Assembly (NCBI GenBank): GCA_963833235.1
Contig: CAWHXG010000004.1
Location: 90,230-154,229, forward strand
Direction of reading: 5' to 3'
Source: an uncultured Alphaproteobacteria bacterium
GTDB taxonomy: Bacteria > Pseudomonadota > Alphaproteobacteria > Rhodobacterales > Rhodobacteraceae
DNA length: 64,000 nucleotides
Both the position numbers and the translations under genes were made by a program. Of the stretch, positions 29,317-40,146 are shown piece by piece; the first letter of the stretch is position 1, and every line of letters begins with the position of its first letter. The notes under the pieces were generated by a model, which did no database searches, was not told where the DNA came from, and saw only the letters and a program-made list of their open reading frames with translations.

Positions 29317-30096
29317 ATGAGCCCCAATGCCCTGTCCCCGACCGATCGGGCCCGGTTCGCCGCCGCGCACCGGTCCGTCGCGCATGTCCAGGACGGGATG
29401 AAGCTGGGGCTTGGCACGGGGGGCACCGCGGCATGGATGGTGCGGGTCCTCGCCGCGCGCGTGCAGGCGGAGGGGCTGGGCCTGACCTGCGTGCCGACCT
29501 CGGAGCGGACGGCGGCGCTGGCGCGCGGGCTTGGGCTGCGTGTCGCGACGCTCGACGAGACCGGCCCGCTGGATCTGACCATCGACGGGGCCGACGAGAT
29601 CGACGGGCACCGACGGCTGATCAAGGGCGGCGGCGGGGCGCTGCTGCGGGAGAAGATCGTGGCCGCAGCTTCCGCTCAGATGATCGTGATCGTCGATCCC
29701 GCGAAACGGGTGGAGACGCTGGGCGCCTTCCCGCTGCCGATCGAGGTCGTGCGCTTCGCCGCCGCCACCACCTTGCGCCGGATCGGCGAGGTTCTGGCAG
29801 AGGCCGATGTGGGCGGCCGCGCGGCCGCGTTCCGGGAAGAGGGCGGCGCGCCTCTGGCCACCGACAACGGCAATCTCATCGTCGATGCCCAGTTGCGGCG
29901 GATCGGCGACCCTGAAGGCCTGGCCGCGGCGCTGCTGGCGGTGCCGGGCGTGGTGGAGACGGGCTTGTTCGTAGGCCTCTGTACCGGCAGTGTCGTGGGG
30001 CACCCGGACGGTAGCTGGGAAGAGGGCTCGGCCTCTGGGCGCGTCGATCCTGCCGAAGCCGCCCGGCTGCCGGAACCCGCCGAGGAAAGTGCATGA
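29317..30096 (+). CDS. rpiA: Ribose-5-phosphate isomerase A
   Basis: ..GMKLGLGTGGTAAWMVRVLA...DGADEIDGHRRLIKGGGGALLREKIVA..; GAGGAG RBS upstream of the ATG at 29317. Confidence 0.9.
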   Translation: MSPNALSPTDRARFAAAHRSVAHVQDGMKLGLGTGGTAAWMVRVLAARVQAEGLGLTCVPTSERTAALARGLGLRVATLDETGPLDLTIDGADEIDGHRRLIKGGGGALLREKIVAAASAQMIVIVDPAKRVETLGAFPLPIEVVRFAAATTLRRIGEVLAEADVGGRAAAFREEGGAPLATDNGNLIVDAQLRRIGDPEGLAAALLAVPGVVETGLFVGLCTGSVVGHPDGSWEEGSASGRVDPAEAARLPEPAEESA

Positions 30097-31448
30097 GCTT
30101 CGATCACGACCTCTTCGTCATCGGCGGCGGATCGGGCGGAGTCCGCGCCGCGCGGGTCGCTGCCGCCACGGGTGCCAGCGTCGGCCTCGCCGAGGAAAGC
30201 CGCATGGGCGGTACCTGCGTGATCCGCGGCTGCGTGCCGAAGAAGCTGATGGTCTTCGCCAGCGGCTACCGCGAAGCCTTCGCCGATGCCCGGCTCTACG
30301 GTTGGGACGTCACCGAGCGCGGCTTCGACTGGCCGGCGTTCCGCGGGCGGCTCGCGAGCGATCTGGACCGGCTGGAAGGCGTCTACGAGGGGCTTCTCAG
30401 CGGCTCGGGCGTGACCTGGGTGAAGGATCGCGCCGTCCTGCAGGATCCCCATACCGTCGCGCTTTCCGATGGCCGGACCCTGCGCGCGCGGCACATCCTG
30501 GTGGCCACGGGCGGCCGGCCCTTCGTGCCGGAAATGCCCCATGCCGGTCGGGTCATAACCTCCGATGATATCTTCCACCTGCCCACTTTGCCCAAGAGCA
30601 TCCTCATCGTTGGGGGCGGCTACATCGCCTGCGAGTTCGCCTGCATCCTGAACGGCCTCGGCGTGGAGGTGACGCAGTTCTACCGCGGCGCGCAGATCCT
30701 GCGCGGGTTCGACGACGAGGCGCGCGGGCTGATCGCGCAGCAGATGCAGGCCAGCGGCGTCTCCCTGCACACCGGCACCAACATCGTGGAGATGGAGCCG
30801 CGGGGCGAAGGCATGTGGGTGAAGGCGACCGACGGCAGCCACCGGACCTACGACACCGTCATGTACGCAACCGGCCGGACGCCCAATACCGAAGGGCTGG
30901 GGCTGGCCGAGATCGGGGTCAAGCTCGGTCGGCGCGGCGAGGTCGAGGTCGACCGCTACAGCCAGACGGCGATCCCTTCTGTCTACGCTATCGGAGACGT
31001 GACGAACCGTGTAAACCTCACGCCGGTGGCGATCCGCGAGGGCATGGCCTTCGTCGAGACGGTGTTCGGCGGCAATCCCACGGCGCCCGATCACGCGCTG
31101 ATCCCCTCGGCGATCTTTACGCAGCCGGAGTTCGGCACCGTCGGCCTGAGCGAGGAGGCGGCGCGCGAACAGGAGCCCATCGAGGTCTACTGCACGTCGT
31201 TCCGCGCCATGCAGAAGGCCTTCGCGGGCCGCGATGACCGGGTGATGATGAAGCTGGTGGTGAGCCGGGAGACGCGGCGGGTGCTCGGCTGCCATATCGT
31301 GGCGCCACAAGCGGGCGAGATGATCCAGCTGGCCGGCATCGCGGTGAAGATGGGCGCGACGAAGGAAGATTTCGACCGTACGGTCGCGGTGCATCCGACC
31401 ATGGCCGAGGAGCTGGTGACCATGAAGGCGCCGCTTCGCACGGCTTGA
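30093..31448 (+). CDS. gor: Glutathione-disulfide reductase
   Basis: MSFDHDLFVIGGGSGGVRAARVAAATGASVGLAEESRMGGTCVIRGCVPKK (FAD-binding and redox-active CVIRGC disulfide), ..VYAIGDVTNRVNLTPVA.., C-terminal HPT. Confidence 0.9.
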   Translation: MSFDHDLFVIGGGSGGVRAARVAAATGASVGLAEESRMGGTCVIRGCVPKKLMVFASGYREAFADARLYGWDVTERGFDWPAFRGRLASDLDRLEGVYEGLLSGSGVTWVKDRAVLQDPHTVALSDGRTLRARHILVATGGRPFVPEMPHAGRVITSDDIFHLPTLPKSILIVGGGYIACEFACILNGLGVEVTQFYRGAQILRGFDDEARGLIAQQMQASGVSLHTGTNIVEMEPRGEGMWVKATDGSHRTYDTVMYATGRTPNTEGLGLAEIGVKLGRRGEVEVDRYSQTAIPSVYAIGDVTNRVNLTPVAIREGMAFVETVFGGNPTAPDHALIPSAIFTQPEFGTVGLSEEAAREQEPIEVYCTSFRAMQKAFAGRDDRVMMKLVVSRETRRVLGCHIVAPQAGEMIQLAGIAVKMGATKEDFDRTVAVHPTMAEELVTMKAPLRTA

Positions 31449-31513
31449 AAATCTGGGCTTCGCGCTCATCTACGAGACAAGCCTTTGGACACCTAAAGAG
31501 GAACATTCAGCAG

Positions 31514-32714
31514 ATGGCAGGCAACAACGGCGGTCCCTGGGGCGGTAGCGGCGGCGGTCGCAATACCGGCGGCACTGGCGGCGGCACTGGCGGCGGCGGC
31601 GGCGACGATCGCGGCAGCCGCGGCACCGGTCCGCGCCGTCCGGGCGGGGACACGCCGCAGATACCCGAGATCGACGAGATCATGAAAAAGGGGCAGGAGC
31701 AGCTGCGCGTCCTGATGGGCGGGCGCGGCGGCAAGGGCCGTGGCCCCGGCGGCGGTGGCGGGGGCGGGGGGCTCAAGATCAACCGCGTGACGCTTGGGAT
31801 CGGCGGCGCGGTCGTGCTTGGATTATGGCTTATCTCTTCGTTCTACACTGTGTTGCCGGACGAGCAGTCGGTCGAGCTGTTCCTCGGAGACTATTCCTCC
31901 ACCGGAGACCCGGGGCTGAATTTCGCGCCCTGGCCGCTGGTCACCAAGGAGGTGATCCCGGTCTCGCGCCAGAACTCCGAGGACATCGGCGTCGGCCGCG
32001 GCGCCAATGACAGCGGTCTGATGCTGACCACCGACGAGAACATCGTCGACATCGACTTCCAGGTGGTCTGGAACATCAACGACCCCGCAAAGTACCTCTT
32101 CAACCTGCGGGACCCGCAAGCCACCGTTCGTTCGGTCAGCGAAAGCGCCATGCGCGAGATCATCGCGCAGTCGCAGCTGGCGCCGATCCTCAACCGCGAC
32201 CGGGGGCAGATCGCCGCCCAGGCGCAGGAGCTGATCCAGAACATCCTGACCAGCTACGACAGCGGCATCAACATCGTGCTCGTCAACCTCGACAAGGCCG
32301 ACCCGCCCGAGGAGGTGATCGACAGCTTCCGCGAGGTGCAGGCCGCCGAGCAGGAGCGCGACCGGCTGGAACGTCAGGCCGACGCCTACGCCAACCGCGT
32401 GCTGGCAGGCGCCCGAGGCGAAGCCGCGCAGGTGCTGGAGGAATCCGAAGGCTACCGGGCGCGCGTCGTCAACGAGGCCCAGGGCTGAGGCCAGCCGCTT
32501 CAGCGCGGTTCTGCAGGAGTATCAGCTCGCCCCGGAAGTGACCCGCAAGCGGCTGTATCTGGAGACTATGGAGAAGGTGCTGGGAGACGTGAACAAGGTC
32601 ATCCTCGACAACAACGGCGAGGGCGGCGGCAACAACGGCCAGGGGGTCGTGCCCTACCTGCCGCTCGATCAGTTGCAGCGCAACAACGTCACCCGCAACG
32701 ACCAGGGGAACTGA
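31514..32714 (+). pseudogene. hflK: FtsH protease modulator HflK, interrupted by a frameshift near 32487
   Basis: MAGNNGGPWGGSGGGRNTGG... (Gly-rich N-terminus), TM segment, then a band-7/SPFH domain ending ..ARVVNEAQG* at 32488. The conserved C-terminus (EASRFSAVLQEYQLAPEVTRKRLYLETMEKVLGDVNKVILDNNGEGGG...) continues in the +2 frame to a TGA at 32712-32714. An apparent extra T in ..cagggc[t]gaggcc.. creates the in-frame TGA. Confidence 0.75.
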
Positions 32715-32718
32715 GCCG

Positions 32719-33618
32719 ATGAGAAACGTGAACAAGCTGATGTATCTGGTGCCCGTGGTCGTGGTGCTGCTGGTGCTGCTGCTGTCTTCGGTCTTCATCG
32801 TGGACGAGCGCGAGAAGGCACTGGTGCTGCAGTTCGGCCAGATCAAGCGGGTCGAGACGGAGCCGGGCGTGGCGTTCAAGGTGCCGCTCATCCAGGACGT
32901 CGTGCGCTACGACGACCGGATCCTTTCGCTCGACACCTCGCCGATCGAGGTCACGCCGTCGGACGACCGGCGACTGGTGGTCGACGCCTTCGCGCGCTGG
33001 CGGATCGCCGATGTCGTGCAGTTCCGCCAGGCCGTCGGCAGCGGCGGCCTGCGTGTCGCCGAGGACCGGCTGTCGGACATCTTGACCACCCAGACCCGCG
33101 AGGTCCTGGGTTCCGACGGCGTCACCTCGAACACGATCCTGTCGTCCGACCGGGCTATCCTGATGACCCGCATCCGCGATCAGGCCCAGCTGCGTGCCGA
33201 GGCGCTTGGCCTCGACGTGGTGGACGTGCGGCTGAAGCAGACCAACCTGCCCGAGCAGAACCTCGACGCGACCTTCGCGCGAATGCGGGCGGAACGCGAA
33301 CGCGAGGCCGCCGACGAAGTGGCGCGCGGCGAGGAAGCGGCGCAGCGCGTGCGGGCACAGGCGGACCGGACGGTCGTGGAGCTTGTCTCCGACGCCCGCC
33401 GCGAGAGCGAGATCGTCCGCGGTGAGGCCGATGCCACGCGCAACCGGGTCTTCGCGGAAGCCTACGGCGCCGATGCGGACTTCTTCGAATTCTATCGCTC
33501 GCTCACCGCCTACGAGCGGGCCCTGCAGGGGTCGAACTCCACGATGGTCATCACGCCCGACAGCGAGTTCTTCGACTATCTGGATGGATCGGACCGTGCA
33601 GCCGGACGGCCTGAATAG
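32719..33618 (+). CDS. hflC: FtsH protease modulator HflC
   Basis: MRNVNKLMYLVPVVVVLLVLLLSSVFIVDEREKALVLQFGQI... (SPFH domain), starting 4 nt after the hflK stop. Confidence 0.9.
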   Translation: MRNVNKLMYLVPVVVVLLVLLLSSVFIVDEREKALVLQFGQIKRVETEPGVAFKVPLIQDVVRYDDRILSLDTSPIEVTPSDDRRLVVDAFARWRIADVVQFRQAVGSGGLRVAEDRLSDILTTQTREVLGSDGVTSNTILSSDRAILMTRIRDQAQLRAEALGLDVVDVRLKQTNLPEQNLDATFARMRAEREREAADEVARGEEAAQRVRAQADRTVVELVSDARRESEIVRGEADATRNRVFAEAYGADADFFEFYRSLTAYERALQGSNSTMVITPDSEFFDYLDGSDRAAGRPE

Positions 33619-33644
33619 GCCAACGCACAGCGTCGGATCGTGAT

Positions 33645-33833
33645 GTGATCGTGCTGTCCGTCCTTGGGGCGGTTCTGGTTCTGGAGGGGCTGGCGTTCGC
33701 GCTGGCTCCTTCGCGTCTGGAGGACCTGTTGAAAGTCCTGGCGCAGCTCTCGGACGAGGCGCGCCGCCTGGCCGGGTTGCTGGCCATCACTGCGGGTTTG
33801 GGGTTGATCTGGATCGGGCGGTTGCTGGGATGA
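33645..33833 (+). CDS. DUF2065-like small membrane protein, downstream of hflC
   Basis: 62 aa, two hydrophobic helices (MIVLSVLGAVLVLEGLAFALAPS...LAITAGLGLIWIGRLLG); GTG start. Confidence 0.6.
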   Translation: MIVLSVLGAVLVLEGLAFALAPSRLEDLLKVLAQLSDEARRLAGLLAITAGLGLIWIGRLLG

Positions 33834-34050
33834 CGAGCGCCGCACCCCGGCCGCCGCCGCGTCTTACCGGTGCGGGGGCCTTTTCGGCACCGCTCCAAGA
33901 CGGTCCCGGACCGCATAGCGAAACAAACCGTAACATAGGTGTGACGCCGCATTTCGCACCATCCCTTGGCATCCCCGCACTGCGTCCCCAGTATCGTCAA
34001 CCAGTGACCGACAGCGTCGGCCTTTCTCCAGTTAGCAGAAGGAATCTCAC

Positions 34051-35514
34051 GTGACGTTTCACTCTCCCGTTGCCACCGCCCCCGCCGCCCGCCGCACCGG
34101 CGGCGCCGCGATGGCCGCCCTGTTGGGCCTCGCGCTGGCGCTCGGTCAGCCGGCCGGCGCGCAATCACGCACCATTCCCGGCAGCTTCGCGGACCTGGCC
34201 GAACAGATCAGCGACAGCGTCGTCAACATCACCACGACCACCTCGGTCGCCAGCGCCAGCGCCGAACCCGGCCCGGTCGTGCCGGAGGGATCGCCGTTCG
34301 AGGAGTTCTTCCGCGACTTCATGGATCGCAACGAGGACGCCCCGCGCCGGCCGCGCCGTGGCTCCGCCCTCGGCTCCGGCTTCGTGATCAGCCAGGACGG
34401 CTACATCGTGACGAATAACCACGTCATCGACGGCGCCGACGAGATCATGATCGAGTTCTACAGCGGCAACGAGCTGCCGGCCGAGGTCATTGGCACCGAC
34501 CCCAACACCGACATCGCTTTGTTGAAGGTGAGCAGCGACGATCCGCTGCCGTTCGTCGCTTTCGGCGACAGCGACGCGGCCCGCGTGGGCGACTGGGTCA
34601 TGGCGATGGGCAACCCGCTGGGGCAGGGCTTTTCCGTCTCCGCCGGGATCGTCTCGGCCCGCGGTCGGGCGCTTTCCGGCAGCTACGACGACTACATCCA
34701 GACCGACGCCGCCATCAACCGCGGCAATTCCGGCGGCCCGCTCTTCAACATGGATGGCGAGGTGATCGGCGTGAACACCGCGATCCTGTCGCCCAACGGC
34801 GGCTCCATCGGCATCGGCTTCGCGATGTCCGCGGCCGTCGTGACACGCACGGTCGACCAGCTGAAGGAATTCGGCGAGACGCGGCGCGGCTGGCTGGGCG
34901 TGCGCATCCAGGACGTGACCGAGGATCTGGCCGAGGCGATCGGCCTCGGCAACACCGAAGGCGCCATGGTGACCGACGTGCCGGAGGGCCCCGCGGCCGA
35001 GGCGGGGATGGAATCGGGCGACGTGATCCTCAGCTTCGATGGGCGGCCCGTCTCCGACACGCGCGAGCTTGTGCGCCGCGTGGGCAATGCCGAAGTGGGC
35101 CGCGCGGTCGACGTCGAGGTGTTTCGCAACGGCAATACCGAAAGGCTGCAGATCACGCTCGGCCGGCGCGAGACGGCGGAAGCGGTGCCGGCCTCGGCTC
35201 CCGCCGACGAGCCGCTGGAGCGGCAGTTCCTCGGCATGACGGTGAGCAACCTCACCGACGAGCTGCGGGCGCAGCTGGAGCTTCCCGAAGATGCGACGGG
35301 CCTCGTGGTGACCGATCTCGACGAAGGCAGCGACGCCTTCGACAAGGGCCTGCGCGCCGGCGACGTCATCACCCAGGCCGGGCAGGAAGACGTGGCCTCG
35401 GCCGCCGATCTGGAGGACCGGATCGAAGCGGCACGGGAGGCCGGCCGGAAGTCCTTGCTGCTGCTCGTCCGCCGCGGCGGCGACCCGCGCTTCGTGGCGC
35501 TGTCGCTCAGCTAA
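34051..35514 (+). CDS. DegP/HtrA (Do-family) periplasmic serine endoprotease with two PDZ domains
   Basis: ..GSGFVISQDGYIVTNNHVIDGA.. (His), ..DIALLKV.. (Asp), ..GNSGGPLFN.. (Ser), followed by PDZ-like segments; GTG start with AAGGAA RBS. Confidence 0.9.
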   Translation: MTFHSPVATAPAARRTGGAAMAALLGLALALGQPAGAQSRTIPGSFADLAEQISDSVVNITTTTSVASASAEPGPVVPEGSPFEEFFRDFMDRNEDAPRRPRRGSALGSGFVISQDGYIVTNNHVIDGADEIMIEFYSGNELPAEVIGTDPNTDIALLKVSSDDPLPFVAFGDSDAARVGDWVMAMGNPLGQGFSVSAGIVSARGRALSGSYDDYIQTDAAINRGNSGGPLFNMDGEVIGVNTAILSPNGGSIGIGFAMSAAVVTRTVDQLKEFGETRRGWLGVRIQDVTEDLAEAIGLGNTEGAMVTDVPEGPAAEAGMESGDVILSFDGRPVSDTRELVRRVGNAEVGRAVDVEVFRNGNTERLQITLGRRETAEAVPASAPADEPLERQFLGMTVSNLTDELRAQLELPEDATGLVVTDLDEGSDAFDKGLRAGDVITQAGQEDVASAADLEDRIEAAREAGRKSLLLLVRRGGDPRFVALSLS

Positions 35515-36591
<1,077 letters not shown>

Positions 36592-36608
36592 GCCAGTCCG
36601 GCCAGCTG

Positions 36609-36667
36609 CTCGGCCCTGCGGCGCGCGCGCCGATGCTCGGCCCTGCGGCGCGCGCGCCGATGCTCGG

Positions 36668-36671
<4 letters not shown>
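36609..36671. repeat. Tandem direct repeat: 27-bp unit x2 plus a partial third copy, each containing the 14-bp palindrome CGGCGCGCGCGCCG
   Basis: ctcggccctgcggcgcgcgcgccgatg occurs at 36609-36635 and 36636-36662, followed by ctcggtcag. It lies between the convergent stops of the ferredoxin gene (36591) and purD (36668). The overlapping +ORF shows the doubled LGPAARAPM. Confidence 0.8.
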
Positions 36672-37936
<1,265 letters not shown>

Positions 37937-38058
37937 GCCGTGCCTTTCGCCTGCCGCCGCACCGGACCTGCCGCAAAGCGATGCTGACGGCAAGGCGGGC
38001 CGGCTGGCCCTTCCCGGTCTTTGCCGGCAGAATGGCGCGAAGCGGCAGGGGGCGCGTC

Positions 38059-39642
38059 ATGGACGATCTGATCGAGGAGGCTGGCCCCGCGGGCAACGCC
38101 CCGGAATTCACCGTCTCGGAGCTCTCGGGCGCCGTGAAGCGCACCATCGAGGGTGGGTTCGCCCGGGTCCGGGTGCGCGGCGAGGTCGGCAGGGTCTCGC
38201 GGCCCCGCTCCGGGCACCTCTACCTCGACCTGAAGGACGACCGCGCGGTGCTGGCCGGCGTCGTCTGGAAGGGCCAGGCAGCGCGGCTTGCCACCCAGCC
38301 CGAAGAGGGGATGGAAGTGATCGCCACCGGACGGCTCACCACCTTCCCCGGCCAGTCGAAATACCAGATCGTGATCGACACGATTGCGCCCGCCGGCGTC
38401 GGCGCGCTGATGGCGATGCTGGAGAAGCGCCGCGCCGCTCTGGCCGCCGAAGGGCTCTTCGACGCCGCCCGCAAGCGCCCGCTTCCCTATCTGCCGGCGG
38501 TGATCGGGGTGGTCACCTCGCCCTCGGGTGCCGTGATCCGCGACATCCTGCACCGGCTGGCCGACAGGTTTCCCCGGCAGGTGCTGGTCTGGCCGGTCGC
38601 CGTGCAGGGCGAGCGCTGCGCGGCGGAGGTGGCCCGCGCCATCGCCGGGTTCAACGCGCTGCAACCGGGCGGGCCGGTCCCACGGCCGGACCTGCTGATC
38701 GTGGCGCGGGGCGGCGGCTCCCTCGAGGATCTCTGGGGCTTCAACGACGAGGCGGTGGTGCGCGCCGCCGCGGCCTCCACCATCCCGCTTATCTCGGCGG
38801 TTGGCCACGAGACGGACACGACGCTGATTGACCATGCCGCCGACCGGCGGGCTCCGACGCCGACCGCCGCCGCCGAGATGGCAGTGCCCGTCCGCGCCGA
38901 CCTTTTGGCCTGGGCGGAGGCGCATGGTGCGCGGCTGACCGGCGCCGTGGCGCGCGACCTTGCCGGGCGGGGGCAGCGGCTGCGCGATGTGGGCCGTGCC
39001 CTGCCGCGGGCCGAGGACCTGACCCGCGGGTCCGAGCAGCGGCTCGATCTGTGGGGCGACAGGCTGCCCCGATCACTGCGCGCGCATGTCGCCGCCCGGC
39101 ACCTGGCGCTCTCGCGGCTGTCGGGCGGTCTGCGGCCTGGAACGCTCGCGGGCGCGTTGCGAAGCCACGGGCGCGATCTGGGGGCGCTTGTCCAGCGGAT
39201 CGCCCTGGCGCGCCGCAGCGGCGCCGCCCGTCGCCTGGCGTCGGTAGACGCGGCCGGAGACAGGCTGACCCTGCGCGGCATCCGCCGCCGCCTGGGCGAG
39301 GCCCGCGAAAATCTGCCCGGTGCCGCCCGCCGGATGGAGGCGGCGATGGCCACGGGCCTGGCGCGGCGGCACGACAGGCTGGCGGCGGCCCACAGGCTGA
39401 GCCGGGGCCTCAGCTACCATGCGACCCTGGCGCGCGGCTATGCCGTCGTCCGCGCCGCGGGGCATGTGGTGACCGACCGTGCCGCCGCCGTGGGCCACGC
39501 GGCGCTGGAACTGGAATTCGCTGATGGCCGGCTGGATGTGGCGTCCGCTGGCGCGGTGCCCGACCCGGCACCCCGGCGCGCGGCGCCCGGAAAGCCGAAG
39601 GCAGAACCAAGGGCCGCCCAGCCGGGGCTCTTCGACGACTGA
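38059..39642 (+). CDS. xseA: Exodeoxyribonuclease VII large subunit
   Basis: MDDLIEEAGPAGNAPEFTVSELSGAVKRTIEGGF..(OB fold)..VIGVVTSPSGAVIRDILH..(catalytic domain); divergent from purD. Confidence 0.9.
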   Translation: MDDLIEEAGPAGNAPEFTVSELSGAVKRTIEGGFARVRVRGEVGRVSRPRSGHLYLDLKDDRAVLAGVVWKGQAARLATQPEEGMEVIATGRLTTFPGQSKYQIVIDTIAPAGVGALMAMLEKRRAALAAEGLFDAARKRPLPYLPAVIGVVTSPSGAVIRDILHRLADRFPRQVLVWPVAVQGERCAAEVARAIAGFNALQPGGPVPRPDLLIVARGGGSLEDLWGFNDEAVVRAAAASTIPLISAVGHETDTTLIDHAADRRAPTPTAAAEMAVPVRADLLAWAEAHGARLTGAVARDLAGRGQRLRDVGRALPRAEDLTRGSEQRLDLWGDRLPRSLRAHVAARHLALSRLSGGLRPGTLAGALRSHGRDLGALVQRIALARRSGAARRLASVDAAGDRLTLRGIRRRLGEARENLPGAARRMEAAMATGLARRHDRLAAAHRLSRGLSYHATLARGYAVVRAAGHVVTDRAAAVGHAALELEFADGRLDVASAGAVPDPAPRRAAPGKPKAEPRAAQPGLFDD

Positions 39643-39646
39643 GGCC

Positions 39647-40042
39647 CTAGACGCCGATCCGGGGGCCGAGGCATAGCATCTCGGCCTGCGCCCCCCGCAC
39701 CTCGTAGAGGCGTGCGTCCAGCGGGTCGCCGGCGATGCGGGCGCTGAGCCCGCCGGCACCGGCGAAGAATTCCCAGCAGACCGGATCCTCGCGGCCCTCG
39801 TAGGCAAAGCAGATCGCGCTTCCCTGCGGGTACCACGTGCCGTCCAGGCATTCCCCGTCGAGGAAGGACCAGCGGACCCGGCGGTCGGGCAGGTACTCCT
39901 CGATCCCGTAGGGCGCGCCGCCGGCCGCGAAGCTGAGCGTGCGGCCCGCCGTATACGCCTCGAATTCCGCCGCGCCCATCGGCGTTTCGGCCAGCGCGGG
40001 TGCGGTCAGGGACAGGGCAAGGGCGATCGATGTCAGCTTCAT
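39647..40042 (-). CDS. Secreted hypothetical protein (131 aa) with Sec signal peptide
   Basis: MKLTSIALALSLTAPALAETP...; four Cys; no domain I can name. Confidence 0.55.
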   Translation of the reverse strand: MKLTSIALALSLTAPALAETPMGAAEFEAYTAGRTLSFAAGGAPYGIEEYLPDRRVRWSFLDGECLDGTWYPQGSAICFAYEGREDPVCWEFFAGAGGLSARIAGDPLDARLYEVRGAQAEMLCLGPRIGV

Positions 40043-40146
40043 GTCCAGACGCTACCCGGCCAGCGCCGATTGGCAAGGGTGCCACTGCGATTGCACGCCG
40101 CCCCATGCTGCGCGACAGTGCCGCGGCGAAGCGCGGAGGGCGAACC

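Noticed and set aside
27713-29434. 573-aa -strand ORF
   Set aside because: Antisense to purA 3' end, DUF2842, TPK and rpiA; no domain
29676-31469. 597-aa -strand ORF
   Set aside because: Antisense to rpiA and gor
31535-31640. Gly-rich repetitive DNA (GGNGGNGGC runs) that could be mistaken for a tandem repeat or CRISPR-like array
   Set aside because: It encodes the Gly-rich low-complexity N-terminal tail typical of alphaproteobacterial HflK; the units are not regular repeat-spacer pairs
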